DNA of 64,000 nucleotides, taken from the NCBI GenBank assembly GCA_963810935.1, contig CAWEPK010000008.1, positions 192,001 through 256,000 of the forward strand. Reading direction: 5' to 3'. The notes under the pieces are model-generated. The model made no database searches. It saw only the letters and a program-made list of their open reading frames with translations, and had not been told where the DNA came from. The stretch comes from an uncultured delta proteobacterium (GTDB lineage: Bacteria; Desulfobacterota; Syntrophorhabdia; Syntrophorhabdales; WCHB1-27). Position 1 is the first letter of the stretch; every line of letters starts with the position of its first letter. This document shows, in pieces, positions 11,290 to 19,506 of the stretch. Position numbers and translations under genes: made by a program.

Positions 11290-11862
11290 ATGCACAGCGA
11301 TAAGTACCGCGATTATGCGGACCTCGCAGCCCATGAAAAAGAAGGCGCGGACTACAGGATCACCGTCCTCCGGCGGCCGTCGCCAATAGCGGTCATCGCC
11401 CCGCACGGAGGCGGCATAGAGCCGCAGACCGCGCACATCGCAGCAGCCATCGCGGGCAATGAATTCAATCTATATCTCTTTGAAGGCATCAAGCATCAGG
11501 GCAACAGTGTGCTCCACATAACGAGCCACCGCTTCGACGAGCATTCGTGCCTTGACCTTTTGGCAGCCTGCGATTCGGTTGTCGCGGTCCACGGCTATAC
11601 AGGCTATGACGAGGCGATACTCCTCGGCGGCCTTGACGAAGGCCTCAAGGCCCGTGTAGCAGCATCGCTACGCGCAACCGGCTTCGAGGCTGCGACTGAC
11701 GGCCATCAGTTTCCGGGAACAGAGCCGACCAATATTTGCAACCGCTGCCGCACCGGCAGGGGCGTGCAGATTGAGCTGTCGCGCCACATACGCGACAGCG
11801 AAGAAAGACGCCTGAAGCTGGTAAAGGCCGTGCGGGCTGCGCTGTCGAAAGCCCCTTCTTGA
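11290..11862 (+). CDS. Poly-gamma-glutamate hydrolase family protein (DUF867/YjqB)
   Basis: IAPHGGGIE..T, LHITSHRFDE, VHG, NICNR, GVQIELS motifs. Confidence 0.88.
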   Translation: MHSDKYRDYADLAAHEKEGADYRITVLRRPSPIAVIAPHGGGIEPQTAHIAAAIAGNEFNLYLFEGIKHQGNSVLHITSHRFDEHSCLDLLAACDSVVAVHGYTGYDEAILLGGLDEGLKARVAASLRATGFEAATDGHQFPGTEPTNICNRCRTGRGVQIELSRHIRDSEERRLKLVKAVRAALSKAPS

Positions 11863-11887
11863 TATTGCGGCCGCTTACAGGTATATT
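11859..11887 (+). promoter_or_regulatory. Putative sigma70 promoter for riboswitch 1 transcript
   Basis: TTGATA-17 nt-TATATT; predicted start ~11894-11895, immediately before the aptamer. Confidence 0.55.
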
Positions 11888-11895
11888 TTTTTTCA

Positions 11896-11947
11896 GGCGA
11901 TGGGGTTCGCCGTAACCGCCCCGCAAGAGGGGCTGATGACTCCTGAT
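11896..11947 (+). ncRNA. Fluoride riboswitch (crcB motif) #1
   Basis: GGCGATGGGGTTCGCC-GT-AACCGCCCC-GCAAGA-GGGGCTGATGACTCCTG matches the consensus GGCGATGGnGTTCGCC..AAYYGC..GCTRATGACTCCT; in 5' leader of the dynamin-like gene. Confidence 0.9.
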
Positions 11948-12016
11948 TATCCCACCTCTTGCGGGAGCGGACGGTGCGCCGGTATGCTTCCGCCGGAGGC
12001 CACCCGGAGGAGCATC

Positions 12017-13688
12017 ATGGAAGAGAAAACCGCTCGACCTGACCCCGCCAGGGCCGCATCGCGCGCAATCCTCGACCGCGCCCGCGAAATAGGACTCCGC
12101 TTCAATATTGCCTCCCTCGCCCCCCAGTTGGACGCGTGCGGGAAGCTCTTCAGCCGGGACGAATATATAGACGTTGCGGTCCTGGGTCAGTTCAAAGCCG
12201 GCAAAAGCTCCTTCATCAACAGCCTCATCGGCCATGAGGTCCTGCCCGTCGGCGTAATCCCGGTAACCACGGTCATCACACGACTTTACTACGATCAAGA
12301 ACCGGGCGCGGTCGTGACACGCTTCGATGGCACCACGGTCCGGGCGCCGCTCGACGAGATAGCGGACTACATATCGGAAGGAAAGAACCCTGCGAACGAA
12401 AAGGACGTTGAGGTCGTCGATATCGGCCTACCCGCCCTCGGGCGCTATCCGGGGCTGCGGCTCGTCGATACCCCCGGCCTGGGGAGCGCCTTCAGGCATA
12501 ACACCGGGACGTCGCGCAGGTGGCTGCCGGAGGCGGGAGCGGCCATCGCGGCAGTCAGCGCGGAACGCCCCCTTTCCGAGAGCGATATAGACCTCGTCAG
12601 AGAGTCTGACGGGCCACAGCCCGAACGTCATCCTGCTCCTCACGAAGGTCGACCTTCTCTCGCCGGAACAGCAAGCGGAGGTCATTGCGTTCTTCAATAA
12701 GACGCTCCTGAGGGAGATCGGCCGCGAGCTTCCCGTCTACACGTATTCGACGGTGAGCCGCACGGACTTACTGAAAGGCCGCATCGATGCCATTTTGCGA
12801 GCGCTCTCAGACAATCGCCGGGAGGAGCAGAAAAGCATCCTGCTGCACAAAATTGCCTTGCTGGCCAGGACCTCCATCGGCTACCTCGACCTTGCCCTGC
12901 TGGCGTCACTGAAAGCGGACGGGGAACGCGAAGCTGCAAGGAAGCTGATCCTTACCGAAAAGCTCAATTACGAGCTCGTCAGGGCGGAGTTGTTCGCTGT
13001 GGCGCGCGAAAACGAGCGAGAGACGAGGGGCGTTATCGCGGCCCGGCTCGAATCCAGGAGGCCGGAGCTGACGCGCAGGCTCGTTGCCGCCCTGGCTGCT
13101 GAGATGCCCGCATGGAAGGGCGGCCTGTGGAAGCTCACCCGAAGGTATGAGGAATGGCTCGAAGAGACCCTGACGAGTGAGCTTGCGGCCCTGTCGCAAA
13201 AAGAGCATCGCCACTTCTTCGGGACGCTCGATAAGGCCCGCGCGTCCATCTTACGGTCCCTGGACCTATTCCGGAACCTCCTCGACAGGAACATCGAAGC
13301 CGTTTTGGGTGTGACGCTCACGCCTCCCATATGGGAGATCAGCGTCGCCGAGCCGGCCAATCCCGACATCGCCTTTACCAAGGTATTCGACTTTCACCTG
13401 GATGCCCTCTGGTTCGTCATCCCTACGCCCCTGTTCAGGCCTGTATTCGAGAGGCGCTTTCTGCGGAAGGTGCCGCAGATAGTGCAGATGCACCTGTCGC
13501 GCCTCGCCTATCAATGGGAAGTGCGGATCAACAAGACCATCGATGAGATGCGGGACCGCGGCCTGGAATACGTACGGGACCAGCTTTCCGACATAGACGC
13601 CCTGCTATCGCAATCGACGGGGCGAAGCGCGGAGTTGCGGGAAGCCATTGGCGATCTGCGGGACAACCTCCGGCAACTGGCGGTCTGA
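12017..13688 (+). pseudogene. Dynamin-family (Dynamin_N) GTPase, split by a +1 frameshift near 12605 (possible sequencing error)
   Basis: G1 GQFKAGKSS, G2 PVTT, G3 DTPG in the first frame; G4 TKVD (from 12642) lies in the next frame, continuous with ORF 12753..13688; ATG 12017 with GGAGGAG RBS. Confidence 0.8.
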
Positions 13689-13739
13689 ATCCATAAGGCC
13701 GCCCTTTCGGGACCGGCCGGGGCTTTACCCGAAGAAGTA

Positions 13740-13768
13740 TTGATTTGTCACACAGTCTCCGTTAAGCT
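13740..13768 (+). promoter_or_regulatory. Putative sigma70 promoter for riboswitch 2 transcript
   Basis: TTGATT-17 nt-TAAGCT just upstream of the aptamer. Confidence 0.45.
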
Positions 13769-13780
13769 ATTTGTCAGTTT

Positions 13781-13832
13781 GGGGATGGAGTCCCCTCGTA
13801 ACTGCCTTTAGGCCAGGCTGATGACTCCTACC
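13781..13832 (+). ncRNA. Fluoride riboswitch (crcB motif) #2
   Basis: GGGGATGGAGTCCCC-TCGT-AACTGCCT..AGGCTGATGACTCCTACC matches the consensus including the GGAGT/ACTCC pseudoknot; upstream of the antiporter. Confidence 0.92.
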
Positions 13833-13875
13833 ATGAAGGCGCGTGCCTCGGTGGGGTCGTCTCCGGCTGTTCCCG

Positions 13876-13898
13876 ACCCGTCGCACGACGGGTTTTTT
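13876..13898 (+). terminator. Intrinsic terminator in riboswitch 2 expression platform
   Basis: ACCCGTC-GCAC-GACGGGT hairpin followed by a T run, before the antiporter RBS. Confidence 0.8.
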
Positions 13899-13941
13899 GT
13901 TGCCTTCATCCTGGCCAATCTATCGTTGAGGAGGCTTCATC

Positions 13942-15141
13942 ATGGAGCACATTTTTGTCATCGCCTCGGTCTGGCTGGGCCTTGCAGTTATCGCGGCAAT
14001 TATCGCTTATCACCTGCGCATTTCAATTGCCCTCGTCGAGATTTGCGTAGGCGTTGCGGCAGGCGGCCTGGCGGGGCTGTTCGCAAAGGCAGACGCGTTC
14101 GATATGAACGTCGAGTGGCTGCGGTTCCTCGCTTCCTCCGGGGCCATCCTGCTGACGTTCCTGGCAGGTGCGGAGCTGGAGCCGGACGCGCTGCGGTCGA
14201 AGGTAAAAGAGGTGTCCGTGGTCGGCCTCGTCGGTTTTCTTGCGCCGTTTTTCGGCTGCGCCGCGCTCGCCCACTACCTGCTCGGCTGGGAGTTACGACC
14301 GAGCCTCCTGTGCGGCGTCGCCCTTTCTACCACTTCCATGGCGGTCGTCTACGCGGTCATGCTGGAGACGGGCCTTAACAAGACGGAATTCGGCAAAGGC
14401 ATCCTGGGCGCCTGCTTTGTAAACGACCTTGGCACGGTCATCGCCCTCGGCCTGCTATTCGCGCCGTTTACCTACAGGACGCTCGTGTTTGTAGCCGTCA
14501 GCGCTGTCGTCCTGGCCTTCCTTCCTTCCGTAACGGGCCTGCTGACGCGCATTTATGCCTACCGCACGGCCGCCATACGGGCCAAATGGGTGCTCCTGGT
14601 CCTATTCGGTCTGGGGGCGCTTGCCCTCTGGGCAGGCAATGAAGGTGTCCTCCCGGCCTACATCGGGGGCATGGTGCTTGCGTCCAGGGCGGCAAAGGAC
14701 GACCTCTGGATACGCCGCATGAGGACGCTTACCATAGGTTTTCTGACGCCCTTCTACTTCCTCCGGGCGGGTATGCTCGTCTCCATCGGGGCCCTCGTTT
14801 CCGCGCCCCTCGTCTTCCTCGCACTGCTGGCTGCCAAAGTCTTCTCCAAAATCTTCGGCCTTTACCCTGTGGTCCGGCCGTTCAGACAGGACCACAACGA
14901 GCGCTGGTATTACACCCTTCTCATGTCTACGGGGCTGACGTTCGGGACGATCTCGGCGCTCTTCGGCCTCTCCCACGGGATCGTGACGCGGGGACAATAC
15001 TCTTTTCTCGTTGCAACGGTCATCGCGAGCGCCGTAGTGCCGACCCTTATTGCCACGATCTTTTTCCTGCCGACGCACCTTCTCGATACCGGGCGGGAAA
15101 AGCCGCAGCCGAACGGCGAAGGGCTGGCGGACGAAGGATAA
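13942..15141 (+). CDS. Cation:proton antiporter (CPA2/Kef-type, Na_H_Exchanger domain)
   Basis: Many TM segments; FLAGAE, LSTTSMAVV, ACFVNDL motifs; GAGGAGG RBS. Confidence 0.85.
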   Translation: MEHIFVIASVWLGLAVIAAIIAYHLRISIALVEICVGVAAGGLAGLFAKADAFDMNVEWLRFLASSGAILLTFLAGAELEPDALRSKVKEVSVVGLVGFLAPFFGCAALAHYLLGWELRPSLLCGVALSTTSMAVVYAVMLETGLNKTEFGKGILGACFVNDLGTVIALGLLFAPFTYRTLVFVAVSAVVLAFLPSVTGLLTRIYAYRTAAIRAKWVLLVLFGLGALALWAGNEGVLPAYIGGMVLASRAAKDDLWIRRMRTLTIGFLTPFYFLRAGMLVSIGALVSAPLVFLALLAAKVFSKIFGLYPVVRPFRQDHNERWYYTLLMSTGLTFGTISALFGLSHGIVTRGQYSFLVATVIASAVVPTLIATIFFLPTHLLDTGREKPQPNGEGLADEG

Positions 15142-15174
15142 ATTCCAGGGCTTCTTTTCCACTGCCGAAGGTTG

Positions 15175-16446
15175 TTAATCGACTATCCAGTTGGGCCTGG
15201 TCCGGGCATAGTCGGCCACGGCCTGCCTGGTCCATTCTTCGAGGCCCGGCGACATGTAGAAACTGGGTACGAGAAGGTCGTTGCAGGCAAGGACGACCCT
15301 TTCCCTTACTGCCTGGTCCGCCAGTTGCGTGCCCGGATAAATGCGGACGCCAATTGTAATCTTCAACGCTTCTAATTCGAGGGAATCGGCGAAGGCAAGG
15401 CTTTCCTTCACAGAATCGCGCGTCTCTCCGGGACCCCCGAGGAGGACAAACCCCATGCACTTGATGCCGGATTTGCGCAAGGCCTCACGCGTCCGGGCAA
15501 CGTCGCGCAGATCGAACCGCTTGTTCATGCTTTTCAGCATCTTCTGGCACCCGCTCTCGAACCCGACGGCCGCGTCGCTGCACCCCGCCTGCGCCATGAG
15601 ACCGGCCAGCTCCTCGTCCAGCCGCCAGGGATAGACAATAGCCGTCCATGAAACGCCAAGGGAAGCGGCGATCAGCTCGCTGCATAGGAGGCGCGCATAC
15701 GAGACAGGCAGGTTGAATGTGTTGTCCACGAAATAGAACCTGCGGCCGCCTGCGGCCGCCCACCCGGCGATCCATTCCACGACCTTAGCAGGCGACCTTT
15801 TGCGTACTGCCCGCCCCTCGATGGAGGCGGTCGAGCAGTATGAGCAGCCAAGGGGGCAGCCGCGCCGCGTCTGCACCGGTATTGCAGTCTCGCCGGCCCC
15901 GGTCAACGGCAGCAGGCCCGGACCAGGCAAAGGCAGCGTGTCAAGGTCGCGAACGAAAACTCGCGGGGCCTGAAGCCCCCTCTTTTTTAGATAGAGGCCG
16001 GGCGTGCCTTCGAGCGGTTGCCCGTGTTCTATTCTTTCGAGGAGCAGCCGGAGTGCCTCCTCCCCCTCGCCGCAGATGCCCATGTCCGCGCGCGAGCGTT
16101 CCAGCGCGCCTTCCGGAAAAATGCTGTAGCCCGCGCCCCCCAATATCACGGGGGCGGACGTAAGAGATTTCACACAGTCGATGACTGCATTGGCCTCTTC
16201 CATGAAGTAGCGGGGAGAGGACATGTTTTGATCGTCGATGTTGCGCAGCGATATACCGACCGCACCCGGGGACAATTCTTTCACGGCTGCGCCAATGGCG
16301 GCCTGTACGTCCTGCACGCCCAGGAGGTCGAGGGTCTGCACCTCATGCCCCGCCGCGTCAAGCGCCGCTGCCACGCAACCGAGACCGAGCGGCAGGGCCC
16401 GCATGTTAATCTCGGTCCGGTTCGCCGATATCAGGAGCACCCTCAT
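15175..16446 (-). CDS. B12-binding radical SAM protein
   Basis: N-terminal B12-binding domain (PLGLGCVAAAL..GISLRNID..ILGGAGYS) and CPLGCSYC; ATGA overlap with the upstream gene. Confidence 0.88.
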   Translation of the reverse strand: MRVLLISANRTEINMRALPLGLGCVAAALDAAGHEVQTLDLLGVQDVQAAIGAAVKELSPGAVGISLRNIDDQNMSSPRYFMEEANAVIDCVKSLTSAPVILGGAGYSIFPEGALERSRADMGICGEGEEALRLLLERIEHGQPLEGTPGLYLKKRGLQAPRVFVRDLDTLPLPGPGLLPLTGAGETAIPVQTRRGCPLGCSYCSTASIEGRAVRKRSPAKVVEWIAGWAAAGGRRFYFVDNTFNLPVSYARLLCSELIAASLGVSWTAIVYPWRLDEELAGLMAQAGCSDAAVGFESGCQKMLKSMNKRFDLRDVARTREALRKSGIKCMGFVLLGGPGETRDSVKESLAFADSLELEALKITIGVRIYPGTQLADQAVRERVVLACNDLLVPSFYMSPGLEEWTRQAVADYARTRPNWIVD

Positions 16447-17135
16447 TTCACCCGCCGGTCCTCCTTCACCCCTTTGTGCGCCTTCCAGTGCTCGTACTCG
16501 TAAGGCCACTCTTCCTTGCGCCACGTCACCAGCGACCTCATGCGCTCTTTGAACTTGAGGGTAAGCCAGGCGTAATCCGGAGAGCCTTCTTGCGCTTCCC
16601 AGGCCGCTACGAGCTTACCTCCCAGCTCAAGCGCCTTCTCGCGCGTCCCGGCAGGGAAGTTGTGTCCTTCTATTTGTCCCATGGTCGCCCAGACGGAGCC
16701 TACCGGGACAGCCCCGCACACCGCAAGGAACTGGTTGATGTACTCGGCGATGGGCGCCTCGTCCCCTCCCCCTGATGTCACGACGGCAGCGCCGTATTTC
16801 CCCTCGAACCCCTGAAGGTGGACCGCACCGCAGCAGCGGTCGATGAAGGTTTTCAACTGCGCGCTCACGTGGGATATATAATTCGGCGTCGCGAGGATTA
16901 TACCATCCGCCTCATCGACTGCCTTCTTTATCGCGCCGAACGAATCCTTCTGGGGGCACGAGCCCACTTTGTGGCAGGTATCGCATGCCTTGCACGGCTT
17001 CACCTCCTGCCCCTTTATGGCAAAGACCTCGATAGACGCCCCTGCCTCCTCCGACCCCTGCAGGACGAGTTTCATCAGGCTGCCCGTCGCGCCCTTCATA
17101 CCCCTGGGGCTGCCCACTATCGCAGCTATCTTCAT
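16443..17135 (-). CDS. Iron-sulfur flavoprotein / NADPH-dependent FMN reductase family
   Basis: MKIAAIVGSPRG, CKACDTCHKVGSC cluster motif, ILATPNY, LKTFIDR; AAGGAGGA RBS. Confidence 0.88.
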   Translation of the reverse strand: MKIAAIVGSPRGMKGATGSLMKLVLQGSEEAGASIEVFAIKGQEVKPCKACDTCHKVGSCPQKDSFGAIKKAVDEADGIILATPNYISHVSAQLKTFIDRCCGAVHLQGFEGKYGAAVVTSGGGDEAPIAEYINQFLAVCGAVPVGSVWATMGQIEGHNFPAGTREKALELGGKLVAAWEAQEGSPDYAWLTLKFKERMRSLVTWRKEEWPYEYEHWKAHKGVKEDRRVK

Positions 17136-17381
17136 GCGGTCCTCCTTTCGACGCTCTATATGTTTCGGGTCGCAAGCAGCCAGGCGTTCCCTCGGTATAC
17201 AAGGTATTTCCGGCCGCAATGATATTATAACACCCGCGCCGGCACGGCGCCTAACGGAACCTTCGTCGGCAGGCAGGCCCGAAGAGACCCCTGGCCGACC
17301 GGCCGGAGCCAATCGGAGCCCTTTTTTCAAGGGCCTGTTTTCATAGTAAAAACAGTTCGTTCGAAAAATATAAATTTCTTC

Positions 17382-17410
17382 TTGACAGCCATTCCGAAAA
17401 GTAATATTGT
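17382..17410 (+). promoter_or_regulatory. Putative strong sigma70 promoter
   Basis: TTGACA-17 nt-TATTGT with AT-rich upstream tract. Confidence 0.6.
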
Positions 17411-17416
17411 ATACAA

Positions 17417-17634
17417 AGCGTATGTAACGCAATTCACAACGCGCCGCTGATAGGTGAAGGGCCGTTAAGACAGGCCGCATACGCAAGCGGGTCCAAGTCC
17501 GGAAATTCAAGGATTTGGCCGGCCGGGCAAGTGCTTAATTGCACAAAGTCAGTTGCCGGCAACGCTAGGCCCATTAATCTGCAACTTCTCATAATTACTC
17601 CCCTTTCCCCCTGGGCCCCCCCAGGGGGTTTTTT
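17417..17634 (+). ncRNA. Candidate structured small RNA of unknown family
   Basis: Bounded by a promoter and a terminator; no plus-strand ORF of note; several hairpins (CCAAGTCC/GGATTTGG, GTGC/GCAC, GTTGCCGGCAAC). Confidence 0.4.
17607..17634 (+). terminator. Intrinsic terminator
   Basis: CCCCCTGGG-CCCC-CCCAGGGGG followed by TTTTTT. Confidence 0.8.
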
Positions 17635-17635
17635 C

Positions 17636-17664
17636 TTTACAATCAAGAGGCGTTAAGATATCAT
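17636..17664 (+). promoter_or_regulatory. Putative sigma70 promoter for tolQ (near-leaderless mRNA)
   Basis: TTTACA-17 nt-TATCAT ending 8 nt before the tolQ ATG; no SD sequence. Confidence 0.55.
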
Positions 17665-17672
17665 AGAACATT

Positions 17673-18350
17673 ATGGGAATCTCAGACATAAACGTGTATA
17701 CAGGCGGTTTAACGGGTCTCGTCCTCTCGGCCGGGCCCGTCGCAAGAGCAGTGGTCCTCATCCTGCTCTTCTTCTCCGTAGTCTCCTGGACGATCATTTT
17801 CTTTAAATGGCGCCAGTTGAGCGCAGCGGAGAGGGAGGGCATGAAGTTCCTCCAGGTGGCGAGGGACAGCGACTCATTCAAGCGGCTTGCCGCTATGTAC
17901 GCCGAGGACCCGGACAGCCCCTTCTACAAGCTCCTGATCGCGTCCTACAAAGAGGTGACGATCAGAGAGAAGGAGAATTCCACAAAGCTGAGCGCCGACA
18001 CCCTTCCTGCGGTGGAGGGCGTGCTGAGGGTAGCGGTGTCGGAAGAGACGGAGAGATTGGAAAAGCGCCTCGCCTTCCTTGCCACTACGGCCAACACGGC
18101 CCCCTTTATCGGGTTGTTCGGCACCGTATGGGGCATCATGGATTCCTTCCGGGAGATAGGCGTAAGGGGCACCACGAGCCTCGCCGTCGTGGCGCCGGGT
18201 ATCAGCGAGGCCCTGATAACGACCGCACTCGGACTCGCGACCGCCATCCCGGCGGTCTTAGCATACAATTACCTGATCAACAGACTTAGGGGCGTCTCCG
18301 TGAAGATGGAAAGCGCCTCCCACTGTATTATCAATCTTATCAGCCGATGA
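17673..18350 (+). CDS. tolQ: TolQ (MotA/TolQ/ExbB family)
   Basis: FLATTANTAPFIGLFGTVWGIM and VVAPGISEALITTALGL motifs. Confidence 0.9.
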   Translation: MGISDINVYTGGLTGLVLSAGPVARAVVLILLFFSVVSWTIIFFKWRQLSAAEREGMKFLQVARDSDSFKRLAAMYAEDPDSPFYKLLIASYKEVTIREKENSTKLSADTLPAVEGVLRVAVSEETERLEKRLAFLATTANTAPFIGLFGTVWGIMDSFREIGVRGTTSLAVVAPGISEALITTALGLATAIPAVLAYNYLINRLRGVSVKMESASHCIINLISR

Positions 18351-18760
18351 TGACCGGGCCCAAACATACGAAAGGCGTTCTCTCGGAGATCAACATCATC
18401 CCCCTGGTCGATGTCATGCTCGTGCTGCTGATCGTCTTCATGATCGCCGCGCCCATGATGCAGCAGGGGCTTCCGATCAACCTCCCGAAGGTTACTTCCA
18501 AGCCCCTTCCCTCCAAGGAAGACGTCCAGGTGATAACGATCACCAAGAACCAGGTGCTCATACTCAATAACAGGACGATCGATGTGAAAGATCTCAAGAC
18601 CGCGATGGAGCTGCTCTTTACCAACAAGGCCGACAAGGAGATCTTCCTGAAAGCCGACAGCTCGGTCCCATACGGTTTTGTCGTCTCCTGCATGGGCATC
18701 ATCAGGGAGGCAGGGGTGGAGAAGGTCAACATCGTCACACGCCCCCTTAACGGGACATGA
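18347..18760 (+). CDS. tolR: TolR (ExbD/TolR family)
   Basis: SEINIIPLVDVMLVLLIVFMIAAP; LKADSSVPYG. Confidence 0.9.
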   Translation: MMTGPKHTKGVLSEINIIPLVDVMLVLLIVFMIAAPMMQQGLPINLPKVTSKPLPSKEDVQVITITKNQVLILNNRTIDVKDLKTAMELLFTNKADKEIFLKADSSVPYGFVVSCMGIIREAGVEKVNIVTRPLNGT

Positions 18761-19506
18761 GAGAAGAAAACTGGTATAAGATGCTGATCGCCTCGGCGAT
18801 CTTCCACGTCTTCCTCATCGGTGCCTTCAGTATACCCCTCAAGAAATCGTTCAAAAGGCCGGACATGTCCTATTACTCGGTAAACCTCGTCGGAGACCTA
18901 GGTGCGAGCATTCCCAAGGCGGCCCCGGCTGCGCCTGTAAAAGCACCGCCGGAGCCCGTAAAGAACATAAAGAAACCGGAGCCGAAAAAACCCGCAGAGA
19001 AGGAAAGGGTCGTCGCCAGGCCGAAGGAGAAATCCCTTGCGCCGGTCGTCAAGAAGAAGGATGCGCCCCTTACGAAAGACGAGGTAAGGACCCTGGACCA
19101 GCGGATCAGGGAGCTTAAGTCGCGCCAGTACATCGATATTGCCGGCAAGAAGGACGGCCCACCCGGAAGAATGCCCGGCATCCAGGGGGCGGGAATGGCT
19201 TCCGGCCCTGTAGATCCGGTCCTTCAAAAGTACTACGCGGACATCTGGGAGAAGATCCAGGAAAGCTGGCACTCCCCTAACATCACGCTGGGCAAGGGGC
19301 TCTTGACGGTCGTCTCCATAAAGATCAGGCGGGACGGCCGCATCACGGACTGGACGATCGAGCAACGGTCGGGTAACAGGGCATACGACGAATCGATCTC
19401 CAGGGCGCTCCGCTCCATAGACTCTTTGCCGCCCATCCCCGCTTCGCTCAACACGGACCTCATAGAAGTCGGGTTCAACTTCCATCCGCCGGGGGAAACC
19501 AGATGA
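18757..19506 (+). CDS. tolA: TolA/TonB-like protein
   Basis: N-terminal TM with SxxxH, Lys/Pro-rich linker, C-terminal domain (KIQESW..DGRI..SGNRAYD). Confidence 0.75.
   Translation: MREENWYKMLIASAIFHVFLIGAFSIPLKKSFKRPDMSYYSVNLVGDLGASIPKAAPAAPVKAPPEPVKNIKKPEPKKPAEKERVVARPKEKSLAPVVKKKDAPLTKDEVRTLDQRIRELKSRQYIDIAGKKDGPPGRMPGIQGAGMASGPVDPVLQKYYADIWEKIQESWHSPNITLGKGLLTVVSIKIRRDGRITDWTIEQRSGNRAYDESISRALRSIDSLPPIPASLNTDLIEVGFNFHPPGETR

Noticed and set aside
11900..12016. N-terminal extension of the dynamin ORF from ATG 11900
   Set aside because: This ATG lies inside the fluoride aptamer; ATG 12017 has the GGAGGAG RBS.
13821..14378. 185-aa ORF starting in riboswitch 2
   Set aside because: Starts at the aptamer's conserved ATGAC, crosses the terminator and overlaps the antiporter out of frame.
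17417..17634. Cobalamin or c-di-GMP riboswitch, or 6S RNA, upstream of tolQ
   Set aside because: Only fragments resemble them (AAGTCAG, GGGCAA); core motifs are absent and tolQ seems to have its own promoter. Kept as an unknown ncRNA candidate.
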